A stretch of 64,000 bases of DNA from Phoronis australis (taxonomy: Eukaryota; Animalia; Phoronida). The position numbers and the translations under genes were made by a program. The notes beneath the pieces are model-generated. The model did no database searches. It saw nothing but the letters and a program-made list of their open reading frames with translations, and was not told the DNA's origin. Location: positions 96,836-160,835 of the forward strand of contig NMRA01000352.1 of the NCBI GenBank assembly GCA_002633005.1, in the 5' to 3' direction. Below, piece after piece: positions 27,185-37,026 of this stretch (its first letter is position 1; every line of letters starts with the position of its first letter).

Positions 27185-28497
27185 CTAAGGATATCACTCT
27201 GCAAATCATGTAATTGGAATCATATAATTTTTGTGCGTTATCTCTTGTCAATACAAAATAAGTTGCCTAATTTAAAAGTGGTTATTAAAAATTATGATTA
27301 AAGGAGCAAGTAGAATAGAGTGTGGATAAAAATCCATGTCCGCGCCTGCCAATTCCAGCTACAATCACTAAAAATCGCATAACCGCGCCCATCCACACAC
27401 ACACATTGAAAGTGGTGCATACTTGAGGATCACAATACAAAGTTCTGTCTCTGTCCCTCTACACTTGCAATAAACCTCTGAGTCCTCAGCTGTTAAGGTG
27501 CCAATGTCTTCCGACATTATGTCGCCTACTGCTGGCAGTGACTATTTTCGCACACAGTGCATTGATGGCTTCGGGGGGTGGGGGTTGGGTCTTCATGTCC
27601 ATCCTTTAGCGCGTTTACATGAAATGCAATTTGCTTGTGAAATGCACTGAAGGTGCTCTTAGGGCTCCAAGTCTATACCTTCAAACAGAGAGCCGAGAAT
27701 TAGATTGCTAACAAACCCATGGCCTGCACCCCTCTCAATAAAGGATCTCCATGAGTGTTCACTTTGTTACCAATTGTCTTTACATAAAGAAAAACTCGAG
27801 AGAAAGCAATTGCCACTGAGCCGCTTGCAAATCCAGCAAAACAACTAAAACTAATAGGCAATGGGAGGTGCCTAGTCATGATAGTTCTCCAGCTTTGGCA
27901 ACTATTATCAATATTCAATATACCTTCTATAACTGAAACCGGTTGCCGCGTTAACTTGCGGGTACACCGTTTTTCACATGACTGGTGTCTAAATAAATCT
28001 TTTGGAAATGCGAATTTACCTAAAACATGCGTGACAGCGAGACACAAAACCATGTTCTGTCAGGTTCACAGGGCCATGAAACATGATACATGTTTTCCAT
28101 TACATGTTTCTTGGCATTCCTATGTCCTATAGGGTTTTTATATGGTGTAATGTACCTCTTTGTGTCAGTGAACTGCTGTGAAGTAGTTGATTCATTGAAT
28201 CCTAAAACAAAGACATCTTTATGTGAGTGATTGTCTTAAAACATCCTAACAGCAACCGTTGATCAAAACGCTACTTGTCCAAAAAGTTAGACATGGCAAT
28301 ATATACACTCTAAACAACTTGTTGGTAGTGATAAATTTGCATTGAAACGCAAAGTAACAAGACAAACTTTTTTGTGATGTTGGAATAGTAATCATTAGAT
28401 GATGGTGTAAGTAATTATTAGTTTGTAAGCATGAACACAACATACATTGTAGCGCTGCCCAAGTAACGCTAATTGAAGGCAATTTCTTTTGCAGGAT

Positions 28498-29350
28498 CTA
28501 AAAAGTCCTGGCATATCCTACCACTTGTTTGACGTGAATGCACATCGATGCTATTGTGCGATCTTTTATTACAGTCATTGCATCAAGCTCGTTCTTTCCT
28601 TTCATTGTGGTAGGCACGTTCACTTTAACGTCACGAGTCGCAAACAGGTCCTGCACTAGAAGCCTTCTATCGGCTAAAATTGAGTCTCCATTTTTAAAAC
28701 ATGATCTGTCAGAAAGGAGAGAACTCCTTTCAGTAATCTGTCTATCGCCGACAGAGCCACATTTACAGTTAGACATTTTTTCAGCCGGACTTTTCAGTGG
28801 CATAAAGAGTTATCCACGTTGATTGGAATTGGTGTTGAAGTATGTGGGGAAATATTTGTCCACGATTTCTCTACTGGGCCACAGTTCTAACTCCTTTAGT
28901 TCAAAATACATAAATGTCACCCATATCTTAAAGCTCACTGCCCTTGCTGATGCTAAAGTCATTTGCCAACTGAAAGCCTTCTTTGGCATGCCGGAGCTTG
29001 AGTAGGGTCAAAAACAGTTCATCTTGTGGGCCTAGGGTCAAACTTTTGTAAGAAAGATAGCCTACAGAAGGACCCCGTATTTTATATAACATCAAAAAAT
29101 GACTGTACGAGTTGAAACCTGTCATGCACTGAAACGCTTCGTCATTTCTCTCGAATCTCTTCACACAGTAACACGCATCTGTTGTCAAAAGCTCACACTG
29201 TACACCAAGCGCAGTTGAGTCCACCGAGTCTTGGACTTTATATTCCTGCTGCTCATTACCAAATACTACGCAGACACTGAGAGCAAACTCACCCGAGTCT
29301 GGTGTTTCCTGGAAAAGCAAACTACAACAATTTTCTCTTTTTCCTTTCAT
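28498..29350 (-). mobile_element. ISL2EU/PIF-Harbinger-like (DDE_Tnp_4 + HTH_Tnp_4) transposase relic
   Basis: ..TGFNSYSHFLMLYKIRGP..LTLGPQDELFLTLLKLR..QLANDFSIS is HTH_Tnp_4-like. It is followed by LWPSREIVDKYFP and DRQITERSSLL..GDSILADRRLLVQDLFA..IASMCIHVKQVVG, a degenerate GD.IMADRGF / IA..RIHVER..G. Frameshifted. Confidence 0.8.
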
Positions 29351-30519
29351 TGCTTGACCACGCAGTATTGCTCAGTGATCCAAGTTTGTGTCAGGTGAAT
29401 ATGAATTACACAGAGATTTGAAACAGTGACTTGCTTTTCGACATTCTTCAAGCATTTGCTGTGGGTGCTGATTTTTCGGTGGGTATGGATCCAATTCCCT
29501 GTCCCTTCTGCAGTTGCTTGGTGGAAATGCTACCGTCTTTCTTCACTGCTTTATGGATCTCAGATTCTACAGCTAGTGAGAGGCTGGCTTTGGATGGTTG
29601 TGAGCAGTTTCTGGCAGGCAACCTATCCGTCTTCTGTCTATAGCTTCCTTTGGCCAAATGTACAACAACTGGGCAGGACAACAATCTGACAAGCAAATTC
29701 AGCAAGAATGCTGGCACAGACTGCTACAGACCTCTCTTATGATTAAACTTGTGTGCGGGTCTTAAGTGACACTTAGGACTCAATCATAAGTCTTACTAAA
29801 TCGTGACAAGTTCAGTTAACAATGAAAGGAGTACGACAAATAAGTCATAATTCTTCAGCAAAAACAAGACATTGTGAATGTTTAGTACCAGAGTAATGTA
29901 TTAATGCCAAACTCTTTGATGCAAAAACTTGCTCATGAATTGAACGTACCGTAATATGTAACAGCTTTGATAAAACCCGATACCTACCACACTGGTGTCC
30001 AGGTGATGTCGGTGGACCACTTTTTCACTGCGATGGTGCACTGATGAGGTAGTGAATGGTTGTGCATGGCATTTAAGTGTGGTTTTATCCAATCACTTAT
30101 GTTGTACATTTTTGAAAATAAAGAAGATATAGGGTTTGGACTGGTACATTTTGAGAAGGCTTCCATCAATTTTGGAATTGTTAGAATAGAATGACGAGCC
30201 ATGTACATAGAAAAACTGGAAAAAAAGACTTGATGTACATCCCCATGTGTATAGCTCACCATTAGAAAACCAACTTTAATTTTTAATAAATACGCATTTC
30301 AACCAACAGTGCATAGAGCCCAAAAACTACAATATTTTTATTTTCCCTCCAACAATTATCCATCTGCAGATACAAAATGGGGGGCAAGTATCTCATTGAT
30401 GATAATGTTCATAGCAGGACATTGGCTGTTACATCTGGTCCATGTGCCCAATTTAAAAAAAAACGATGGTTTGATTGATAACACCAGTGAGATGTGTTCT
30501 TAATTTATGTTTTGCTATA

Positions 30520-30965
30520 TGTAATAGATTATGTATTGCGACCGCTAGATGGCGTGTTGTTTGATGTATGCTCTCTATTGTCTGAAACGTTTTGTCCTTT
30601 GGGGCTGCCGGAGACACCAATGATTTCAACAGATCGTAAGCCGTTTCACCGATAACGGCTAAAAAACAACTAACATGTTTTCCGGAGGGCAAATCATTTG
30701 CCTCGAAATATGCCTCCAATCGTTTGATGTATGAACGAAAGGTAGTTGATTCTGTTAATAGAGATATTGATCCAGTTAAAGACAACATTTTTCGACCTCG
30801 TTGCCAACTGTTAACGTTGATGATCCCAGATTCGATTCGAGTCAGTTCTTCAAAGACAAACAACAGCCATTTTTTAGGAAGCCACTTGATATCTATTTTT
30901 CAGACAATAGAGAGCGTACATCAAACAACACGCCATCTAGCGGTCGCAATACATAATCTATTACA
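30520..30965 (-). mobile_element. Gypsy-derived 446-bp fold-back mini-element (LTR-PBS-gag start-inverted LTR end), 5-bp TSD
   Basis: 68-bp inverted repeats at 30520-30587 / 30898-30965 (1 mismatch), with TGTA..TACA termini and TSD CTATA (30515-30519 / 30966-30970). On the minus strand: LTR 30965-30809 ends ..TTAACA, PBS-like TGGCAACGAGG follows, and ATG at 30788 opens a gag N-terminus (..SYIKRLEAYFEANDL..FLAVIGETAYDLLKSLVSPAAPKDKTF). Confidence 0.85.
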
Positions 30966-31493
30966 CTATATATTTATTAAATGCAGTTGGTCAATGCCAT
31001 CCAGTATTATGCATGCGTATCTATTTGGTCTAGCCCCTTGCCTTCGAGCAATGTTTGTAGTATTTTTTCTCATTGCTGAATAATAATTATAGTTTCACTA
31101 TTCAGTGGACAATTCATACTTTCATTTCTACCAGATTATAATGCAAAAACCTCAGTTATCACTCAAACGTGGGGACATTTAGAAATGAGAGTACTCCATG
31201 TATTTTCAGTTTTCCCTCCAACAATCATCCATCCGCAGATACAAAATGGGGGCAACTAACTCATTGATCATAATGTTTGCAGCAGGACATTGGTTGTTAC
31301 ATCTGTCCCCACTGCCCAATTTCAAAAAAAAAAACCGATGGTTTGGTGACCATGGTTGATAACACCAGTGAGATGTGTTCTTCATTTATGCAACTTTGGA
31401 GCATTTTGCTTTTTACATGAAACGCACGCAGATTGGTTTTCTGTTGGCCCCTTGTCTTCGAGCAATGTTTGTAGTATTTTTTTCTCGTTGCTG

Positions 31494-32541
31494 CGCCAGT
31501 AAAATATGAGTAAATGTGTGAACTCAAAATACTTGTGTTTATTTATTGCAAATGGCGAAACCGGAAGGGCTAACAAAAATAGTCAAACGAATAACTCGCG
31601 TAAAGTAATAAACGGGAAACCAATAGTGGCGTAATGTCTCTTTAAGTCCTTGAAGTAACACTTATCAGTCCTAAGAAAAAAATTAGCACAATACATGTAA
31701 TACACTTGAACTAGGATCGGTACCATCAAAGTCCAGGGAGGATACCATAACACTTAATCAACCACAAAATCCTGAAGGTAGGTTGGAGGACGTTTGGTCC
31801 TGGAAGAGCGTCGCAAAGGAACATCTCCCGTCACGTCAAGTGTACTGCTGCTAGTATGACCGGCATCATTGGTAGTGATGGGTAACCCATGGTGTAGTAG
31901 AGTATTGTCAGGACCAAGAAGATTGTCCTCAATAAATGCCATAATGCGTTGGTATAAGTCTTCCGGACGCTCATCGGGAAGAAGGCGTATTTCAGCAAAG
32001 TCCAAAAAGTGTCCACCCGACGTTTGGAACCCATAGTGAGCACGTATGGTTTGCCAGATAGAGGCAAGCGATGTTGACTGCTTAATGATGGTGTTACGTG
32101 AAATAACTGGACAAAAATTCGCGATTTGTCCCAACATTAAGTTCAGATGAGTTAGTTTTTGGGCGGCGGTTCGACGCCGCGCCTCAGGAACAATGTCCGG
32201 GTCATTGAACAACCCTCGTAGAGGGACCTTTGCCTTGTCCCAAGTAAAATCGCCTTGCAAAAAGTCAGCAAAGTTAGCGTCCAGCAATAAAACATAGGTT
32301 ATATTATGTCTCCAATTGTCGAAGGAGTTTATAGTTTCACATTTCGTCAAACACCACTGCTTGGGTGCCTTAGCCATGGTTCGTTAAGAACACGCTGCCG
32401 CCACACCAGTAAAATATGAGTAAATGTGTGAACTCAAAATACTTGTGTTTATTTATTGCAAATGGCGAAACCGGAAGGGCTAACAAAAATAGTCAAACGA
32501 ATAACTCGCGTAAAGTAATAAACGGGAAACCAATAGTGGCG
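31494..32541 (-). mobile_element. Internally deleted LTR retrotransposon with CG..CG termini and 3-bp TSD (Troyka-like Gypsy branch)
   Basis: 138-bp direct repeats at 31494-31631 and 32404-32541 are 137/138 identical. Element ends are CGCCA..TGGCG with CTG on both flanks. A PBS-like TGGCGGCAGCG (tRNA-Leu-like) follows the 5' LTR. The empty site TTGCTGAAT is visible in the paralogous repeat at ~31073. Confidence 0.8.
31754..32377 (-). CDS. 207-aa ORF of the deleted LTR element: gag-like N-terminus fused in frame to an integrase-like C-terminal tail
   Basis: [85 protein letters not shown] is a retrotransposon gag-like N-terminus. It ends [18 protein letters not shown], a typical LTR-retrotransposon pol C-terminus. 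Confidence 0.7.
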   Translation of the reverse strand: MAKAPKQWCLTKCETINSFDNWRHNITYVLLLDANFADFLQGDFTWDKAKVPLRGLFNDPDIVPEARRRTAAQKLTHLNLMLGQIANFCPVISRNTIIKQSTSLASIWQTIRAHYGFQTSGGHFLDFAEIRLLPDERPEDLYQRIMAFIEDNLLGPDNTLLHHGLPITTNDAGHTSSSTLDVTGDVPLRRSSRTKRPPTYLQDFVVD

Positions 32542-33323
32542 CTGAATGATAATTATAAATAGTTTCATTATTCAATAGACAACACTTCCTTTTAAGATAT
32601 TCATACTTTCATTTTCACCGTATTAGAATGCAAAAACCTCAGTTATCACTGAAACATGGGACATTTAGAAGTTAGAGCACTCCATGTATTTTCAGTTTTA
32701 CCACCAAGCTTTTCAAGTAAAAAAATTAAAAGCAAACTTTAATTTGACGACTAAAGGTCTACTAAGCAAATACTCACGTAGTACGATTCAAAAAGGACAA
32801 ACACGTACAATGTTGCCAATTAATAATTCCAGGATCACAGTGCGATTAGTACCAACCAGGTATGTGTGGAATTTATCATGTAAAGTGTAGTTGCGGCACA
32901 TACCTTTGTTTAGTTAGATGCGATGTGCGCATTTTTTCAAGGTGTTTCTTTCCATCTTTGTAGTGTTACCCAAATACACCTTTAATTATGAATAGATGTT
33001 GCGTTTTGCAAACCGGTTCTCCTGTAAATACAAAGTATAACTTTGTTGAATTAATATTAACTAAACTTTGTCCACAATAGTAAATCATAGCCTGTTTCTT
33101 AATGCTTTGAATGTGTTTTTTGTTTTTGTCTGAATATCATTAGCAACAACCAGACATGAATTGAATCTCATAAAATTCAGTTTTGACTTGGTGAAGATAT
33201 TTATAAATGCAAAATGCAAACAACAGTTGTGAACATGCTATGCTATATTTAAGTTGATGTTAGCAATTAACCACGCTTCTGTTTTTTCTTATTTTTGGTT
33301 AAGAATACAACTTAGCACAATAT

Positions 33324-33663
33324 TGTTTATATGTTCGTATTGTATTGTTCTTAGAAGCAGAGCCACTTTGACTTTGTCCGCTGCATTGTCTCGGTTTGTG
33401 GCTGTCAAGAAAATTTCGAAATTCCTTCGAAATCTTTTCCATTGTTCCGGCAGGTTTCCACCCTGTTTCAAGGGTTTGGGCGCTAGAAACTTAGCCGACA
33501 TTCCTCACTCAGGGCATCATGTAAATAGTTCGTGTGTCAGTGCGACGATGTTATCTGATATGTTCAACCGCTTACTTAAATGTAACTGACCACCATTGTG
33601 TCAAGAACCGGAAACTGTTTATTGTTGTGCTCCGATGAACAATACAATACGAACATATAAACA
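33324..33663 (-). mobile_element. Second Gypsy-derived 340-bp fold-back mini-element (different family), 5-bp TSD
   Basis: Perfect 27-bp inverted repeats at 33324-33350 / 33637-33663 (TGTTTATATGTTCGTATTGTATTGTTC) with TSD AATAT. On the minus strand: LTR 33663-33520 ends ..TTTACA, then PBS TGATGCCCTGAGTGAGG (tRNA-Met-like) and gag MSAKFLAPKPLKQGGNLPEQWKRFRRNFEIFLTAT..KVALLLRTI. The insertion is absent from the paralog at ~40878. Confidence 0.85.
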
Positions 33664-35651
33664 AATATATCAAAGTCAGTGTTTGGGTGAAAATTTGCAT
33701 TAGCTTATTCTTTGAGTGTGGGCCGGACTGACTTCTTCTGAGGACTTTCTATTTTATTTCATCTTTTCATCCAGTGAAAGTTTTTCCATTCTTTATCCCA
33801 CTGCTTGAACCTACCAGCCCCAACTTCTGCACCTGTTAATCAAATATGAAAATGATAAAATAATGCATTATGAATGTACACAATAGCCTTTAAGAGCCCC
33901 TCATCTTTTATATTTTGTCATCCTGTGCTTTGGGAGAAAGAACTTAAAGTTACCCTCACAAATGACACTGGTTTGATGAAAGATTTCATCTTCATTTTAA
34001 AAGTGTACGTGAGCATCAGTTACAATCAATACATAACTATAAAAAGCATCTTACCTCATCTTACCGGGCTGTAAAAACAAGAAAAATCTGTTATTTATAT
34101 TATATAAGTCTTGGGTTCAGAAGACTAAAACCAAATAGTACATCACAACATAATTTATGGAATACTTTTGTTTTTGACTTGGGTCGTTCCTCATCTGTGT
34201 CTGTCAAATCAGAAGTCAGCTCTGCAGGTGGGAGTTTCTTTCAATTTTCAATATAGTTGCAATTTTTTGGTTTTGTCGTTATTGTAATGCACTGTGTTCT
34301 CCACACTAAAACATTCCGAACTTTTTGATAATTTCTGGGGCAGTTCAATTTCAGCAAAATCTTAACTCGTTACTGCGGTGAGTCAAAACAAGTCGTGGAA
34401 AACGCTTAAACATGCCAATTTGCAAATAGAAAAATTAAATTCATGCATTACGATTAATCAAGACTTGATAAGTAGTCCTACTGTTTTCAGTAGTTGGATG
34501 TATTAAAATAACCATAATACTGTAACCACGGAAACAAAATGTCGGTCACCAAAAACTTAGTACTTGCATTGTGGTAAATAACTTCAAAAGGATTATTTTG
34601 TTGTTATATTCATAATTGTGATTTGCTTACAAATATCCCCCAAAATAGATAACGGTAACCACAAAAACTTTAAATACGTGACTGTGTTTATTTCATAATA
34701 TTAACAAAAGTGTGACATTTTAGTCAACAGACAGTTTTTCTTTTACTTCAAAATTTGTCTTTTTGACCAGTGTCATCGAGTTACATTGTTTACATGGATA
34801 TCAAATTGCTAAATATTCCATTAGCAGCAAAGGTGACCTGTCACCATGTGAGTCATGTCAGTGCTGTTAGTTTGAATTCACAGCTTTGGCCGATGCTTTT
34901 ATTTCGTCACATCAAAAGTTTGCAATTTTTCACAATGAACTTTTCACCAAATATTTTTATTAGACAGTGGTTGTTAATGATTGGAACGTTTGGAACTGCT
35001 TTCTAGAGTCCATCGTCAACAAATGATGGTTGGAGGAATTTCCCCACCGTGTTACGTCCCGGAAGCGTCACATACCGGGGTAGAAATGCAGGCTGTAGAA
35101 TGACATTATACTATAGTGTAGGCTACATGCATAGCGAAGTGACAGTGTAATGGATATATCACGTTAAGTTACAAATAATTTATAAAAGATTTATTTAAGA
35201 AATGTTCATTGTAGCTGAATGTCAAACTTTTATTGTGAAACAAATGTGTATTTGTTTATTGACATGTCTAATGTACCTGTTGGAAGTATACAATCATGAC
35301 TTTTTGATCTGGCATATCAAAATTTTCAAATGTAAAGAAGCAATTATAAAAAGGTTGCATATTTTTAATCATATTATTAGCCGCCCACTGTTTGACTGTC
35401 AGTTGGTAAGACGAAGCCATTTTATTGGACAAGGCAACGTTTCCAATAGTCCTTTCTAGTTCAAAACGGGTCTCATGATACACAGGAACCCTTAATTTAG
35501 ATACGAGTCAACTTTATCCAACATGAAAACCAAGGTGTTGTCACCCTCGTCCAGGCAATTGGGTGTTGCTCGATTTCCTTCTCTCATAAGAACTTGGAAC
35601 ACTTCCTCTTGATCAGGGCTACTCCAAACAGACTGGTTGACTGTAAGCAGG

Positions 35652-36641
35652 TTAGAAATGGTGTCCAGCATGGATGCAATTAACACCTCCAGTATTTGAT
35701 AAAAAATAATTTACATCAGGTCTTCCAGATGGCAAAAAATGATTTCTTGACGATCGAATATGATGCGTGTGCATTCTTATTTCGTCTAATTCAGTTCTCA
35801 GCAAATCCATACAAGAAAATCTACAACAGTCTATGTGTAGGGTATTCGACATGTCAATTACTACCGCATTAGCCAGCTCCTTGAAATGATCAATCCATGT
35901 TGTCATCCCTCTAGAACCGAACTTGCTCCACCAAGATTCAATTCGCTGGTTGTTAGTGGAGCATCCATATAAAAACAAAGTCTGAAGTCTAGCGCGGGAG
36001 TCATTGTTGGCACTGCGCAAGAAGGACTGCATCCGCTCAATGTGCACGTTTTCAGTACCATGATCTGACCTCACCACATTGGGCAAGCCACTGAGTTGTA
36101 TAATTGCATTTAAAATATACTGACAAACTGCGGATTGATCATTGTTTGTTGAGGTTACCTCTAACCATGAAATCCTGCGAGAAAACCCGGCAATTCCACT
36201 GTGAATACAGAAACCGAAGGGTTTCAGTTTTTCCCATCCGTTCACGTGCCAGAGATCATTTGGACCTCTGGCACAATACTGCCTTCTTTGAAGATGTCTT
36301 TGACTTCTTATTTCAACACCTGGGTCTAGGTGCTTTAGAATGACTCGCACACTGTCGCGATCACTGATGACTTGGTGTACCTTCTGTAACTTGTGCATTA
36401 CCCGATAACCAAGGTGCTTGCCGCTGCCACGTAGCTCATTTTCAGTAATGCTGATGACCCCTTGAACGGGGTCTTTGTGGTAGCACCTCCGCCTTGGCCC
36501 ATGTCTCCTTCTAACACGTTTCAACTGAACAAGGCTAAGGCAGTAATTGTGGTAAACACGCAAAAAGTCAATTATCACCTTGTATGTGAACCCCAGATGA
36601 ATGTAATACATAATCACACTCTCCGTTAAAGTCCACGCCAA
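35652..36641 (-). pseudogene. IS3EU-type integrase-core (DDE) transposase, probably inactive
   Basis: RRQYCARGPNDLWHVNGWEKLKPFGFCIHSGIAGFSRRI..TNND..VRSDHGTENV..LYGCSTNNQRIESWWS. The first catalytic Asp of WH.DG reads N, GIDGFSR reads GIAGFSR, and the C-terminus is frameshifted. Confidence 0.8.
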
Positions 36642-36778
36642 CTCTAAAAGTTAGATAAGGCACCGACATTGAAATTTAATCTGAACTTTGTTGAGTAAAA
36701 TGGCTGGCACAATTGACCTTCACCTCAAAAAATTCATCCAGTCACTAGAAAGATGAAAACAGGTGTCCGGATGAATAA

Positions 36779-37026
36779 CATTTCCACCCAGGCGGAAATA
36801 AATTCAACCTATGATGAAATAATTTCCATCCAGGTAAAAATAATTCCACCCAGGTGAAAATAATTTCCACACAGGAGAAAACTATTTCCACACGGGTGAA
36901 AATAATTTCCATCTAGGTTGAAAGAATTTCCACCGGGGTGAAAATAATTTCCATCTAGGTTGAAGCAGTTTCCACCTGGGTGAAAATAGTTTCCACCTAG
37001 GTTGAATTATTTCCTCCTAGGTGAAA
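36779..37026. repeat. ~21-bp subterminal tandem repeat (ATTTCCACCCAGGTGAAAATA)n
   Basis: About 11-12 degenerate units lie between the transposase start and the element end. Confidence 0.85.

Larger units (their letters stand above)
30320..32700. repeat. Two tandem copies of a ~430-bp host repeat, each interrupted by an LTR-derived insertion
   Basis: 30340-30510 matches 31210-31390, and 31030-31210 matches 31447-31493 plus 32542-32700. Confidence 0.75.

Noticed and set aside
36779-37026. CRISPR-like regularly spaced repeats
   Set aside because: Units are head-to-tail without unique spacers, sit at a eukaryotic transposon end, and no cas genes are present.
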